Assembly (NCBI GenBank): GCA_030429145.1
Contig: JAUIDC010000001.1
Location: 450,001-482,000 of the forward strand
Direction of reading: 5' to 3'
DNA from: Candidatus Saccharimonadota bacterium
GTDB lineage: Bacteria > Patescibacteriota > Gracilibacteria > Absconditabacterales > Absconditicoccaceae
DNA length: 32,000 nucleotides
Shown: positions 30,371 through 32,000 of the stretch, piece by piece
How the letters are laid out: each line of letters starts with the position of its first letter
Position numbering within the stretch: the stretch's first letter is position 1
Notes under the pieces: model-generated
What the model was told of the DNA's origin: nothing
The model's input: only the letters and a program-made list of their open reading frames with translations
Database searches by the model: none
Made by a program: the position numbers and the translations under genes

Positions 30371-32000
30371 TTATTGGTTTGTTGTGTTAGTAGTATTGTT
30401 TGCGTTGTTGTCTTTATCTTTGTTTGTGTTGTTAGTGTTTTGTTTATTATTGTTGTTATTTTGAGATTGATCGTCTGCATTATCTGCGCCATCATTAGCA
30501 GATTTGTTGTCGTCAGCAGCAGTCTTATTTAACCATGTGCTAAATGGAGTAGCTAGAGTTGTGTTGTCTGGTTTCATCTTCTTCATTGTCTCTTTATCTA
30601 TAGTAGGAAGGAGTGACTCCCAAGAAGCCTCGTCTGTATAGTTTGTCTTAGCACTATTGCCTTTCTTTTGCGATACGAAACCATCTTTCGTCATAGTATA
30701 GGTTGTGCCATCGGGCATGACGAATGATTTATCTTTTAGCTCTCCTTGCGCTGTGGCCTGGCTTGCTTCCGCTGCAACCTGGTCGATTTTGACAGTGATG
30801 TCATCCTTTATGTCGTCTCTACCAGTATAGAAGTCTTTGATCTGCTGTGCGGTGAGTCCTGCGCCTCCAGCTGCGAGAGGAGTTGCGAGATATCTGACGA
30901 AATCATCGTTTTGGAATGCCTCGTTTACGCTCTTGAAAGGACCAATCTTTCTTGTTTCAGCAATTTTGTTTACGAGGTCCAGACTCGGCTGTCCGTATTG
31001 GCTCAGGTCGAGCTGATTACCTTGGAGAGTAATACCTGCATTGGATGCATTGTAGAGAGCTCCTGTCGGTCATACGAGCGACCCGATTTGCTTGTTCACG
31101 TCGGCGTTTGTTTTGATGCCAGCAATAGCGCTTTTAATCTGAGCCTGTCATTTACTCTTCTGATCGGTAAATGTACCCTGGAAGATGTTTTCAATAGTAG
31201 GGGAAACAACCGTTCTTGCATTTTCCTCTGAAGCTCTTTCGATCTGATTTCCGATCTTTGAGGTTGTGTTTTTCAGTGCTGCGATACTTGTTCCACCTCC
31301 GATAGGGATGATTTCTGCCGTAGAGACAGCATTGGTGGCAACTTTTTCTAGGCTGTTTACTACGCCTCCAGTAAACGATGTGCTCTTCATCGCTGTCATG
31401 ACGATCGTCCACATGAGTCCGGTTCCGAAGATGTTGAGGATAAGCCATGGAAAGAAGTCGAGCATACCTGACACACCAAGATCCTGCGAAGGATTGTCGA
31501 TACAAAGCGTCGTAACAACAAGATTGATACAGGTCTTGTTGTTTTCGTTGAATGTGTTCATGCCTACGTCTTCTAGGCTGTTTCCCTTTGTAAGTCATTC
31601 GCTGAGTACTGAAAGGAAGACGATACTAATACTGATGGCAAACGTAACGATCACAGGAAGGAAGATCATTGCAAGAGCGTTTTTTACTGCGAATTTATCA
31701 TAGTTCTTTCCGATTTTACTAAGACTAAATCAAAATACTTCACTGAGTACCAATACTGGCGAGAAAGCGATTGTGATCCAGAGGATAGCAATTCTAATGA
31801 TGAGTATCACACACAGTATGAGTAGTGGAACAAGATATGCGATACCTATGATAGCTTTAATGATAGACTCCATAGTCATGGCTCCTATCGACTTGTTGAC
31901 GTTGACATGGATACTTCCAAGGTTGAGAAGACTACCGTAGAGCGTGTAGAAAGCGCCTTGGTATCCTTTAGATTTTTGTACGATACTTGAAATGTTCTGA
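30371..32000 (-). CDS. Large polytopic membrane protein (N-terminus outside window) with a hydrophilic C-terminal domain and an Asn/Thr-rich tail; paralog of the downstream gene
   Basis: The frame is continuous from the window edge to TAA 30371-30373 with four in-frame TGAs (hand-verified codon by codon for 31150-30716). It shares ordered motifs with the next gene (LILxVIxxIRIxxLWIxIxFxP; xIPxGGxxTSIAxL). Confidence 0.8.

Noticed and set aside
30371-30500. G/T-rich simple-sequence DNA as a non-coding repeat or satellite
   Set aside because: It lies in frame at the 3' end of the large membrane-protein gene and encodes an Asn/Thr-rich tail ending in TAA. It is reported as a coding low-complexity region instead.
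30746-31703. Plus-strand ORFs 30746-31231 and 31266-31703, and minus-strand alternate-frame ORF 31191-31598
   Set aside because: They overlap the continuous, paralog-supported minus-strand reading frame of the large membrane protein. They are Cys/Arg/Ser-rich shadow frames.
1-32000. Reading the many TGA-interrupted conserved genes as pseudogenes, frameshifts or a degraded genome
   Set aside because: The fragments always stay in the same frame. Interruptions are exclusively TGA, never TAA or TAG. The TGAs coincide with conserved Gly residues in essential genes (rpoB, rpoC, murC, gltX).
1-32000. Genetic code 4 (UGA = Trp, as in Mollicutes) as the explanation
   Set aside because: The TGA positions I could align by memory fall on invariant Gly (GPGGL, LGPEE, PTG-LHIGG, G-GG-G, GVK-FGG), not on Trp. 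Normal TGG Trp codons are also present.
1-32000. CRISPR arrays, tRNA/rRNA genes, transposases, integrases, prophage genes
   Set aside because: I saw no regularly spaced direct repeats, no T-loop/acceptor-like cloverleaf candidates in the intergenic gaps, and no ORF with recombinase motifs. This was an eyeball scan only, so small RNAs could be missed.

Overview
This is a low-GC (~40%) bacterial chromosomal segment that only makes sense if TGA is read as glycine (translation table 25, known from Absconditabacteria/SR1 and Gracilibacteria in the Candidate Phyla Radiation). Under the standard code almost every conserved gene is cut into pieces. Reading TGA as a sense codon restores full-length genes, many of the TGAs fall on invariant Gly positions, and every gene I reconstructed ends in TAA or TAG.

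Gene content:
- Plus strand, 5' part: a Nudix hydrolase, gltX, an operon of two T4SS-pilin-like proteins plus a stand-alone VirB4 N-terminal-domain protein, and vanY.
- Middle: murB, recA (with a Cheo/SOS-type box upstream), a type IV pilin, murC, mscS, secF, rnc and nusB.
- Minus strand, 12.6 kb co-directional translation/transcription block: rplJ, rplL, rpsB, a membrane protein, tsf, an rpsF-rpsR (S6-S18) fusion, rpmH, rpoB, rpoC, rpmA and rpmF.
- Immediately upstream of rplJ, where rplK-rplA normally sit: two tightly coupled, paralogous large polytopic membrane proteins, tentatively VirB6/TrbL-like.

I found no tRNA, rRNA, CRISPR array, transposase or integrase. All coordinates and translations were done by hand, and family assignments rest on recalled motifs, not database searches.
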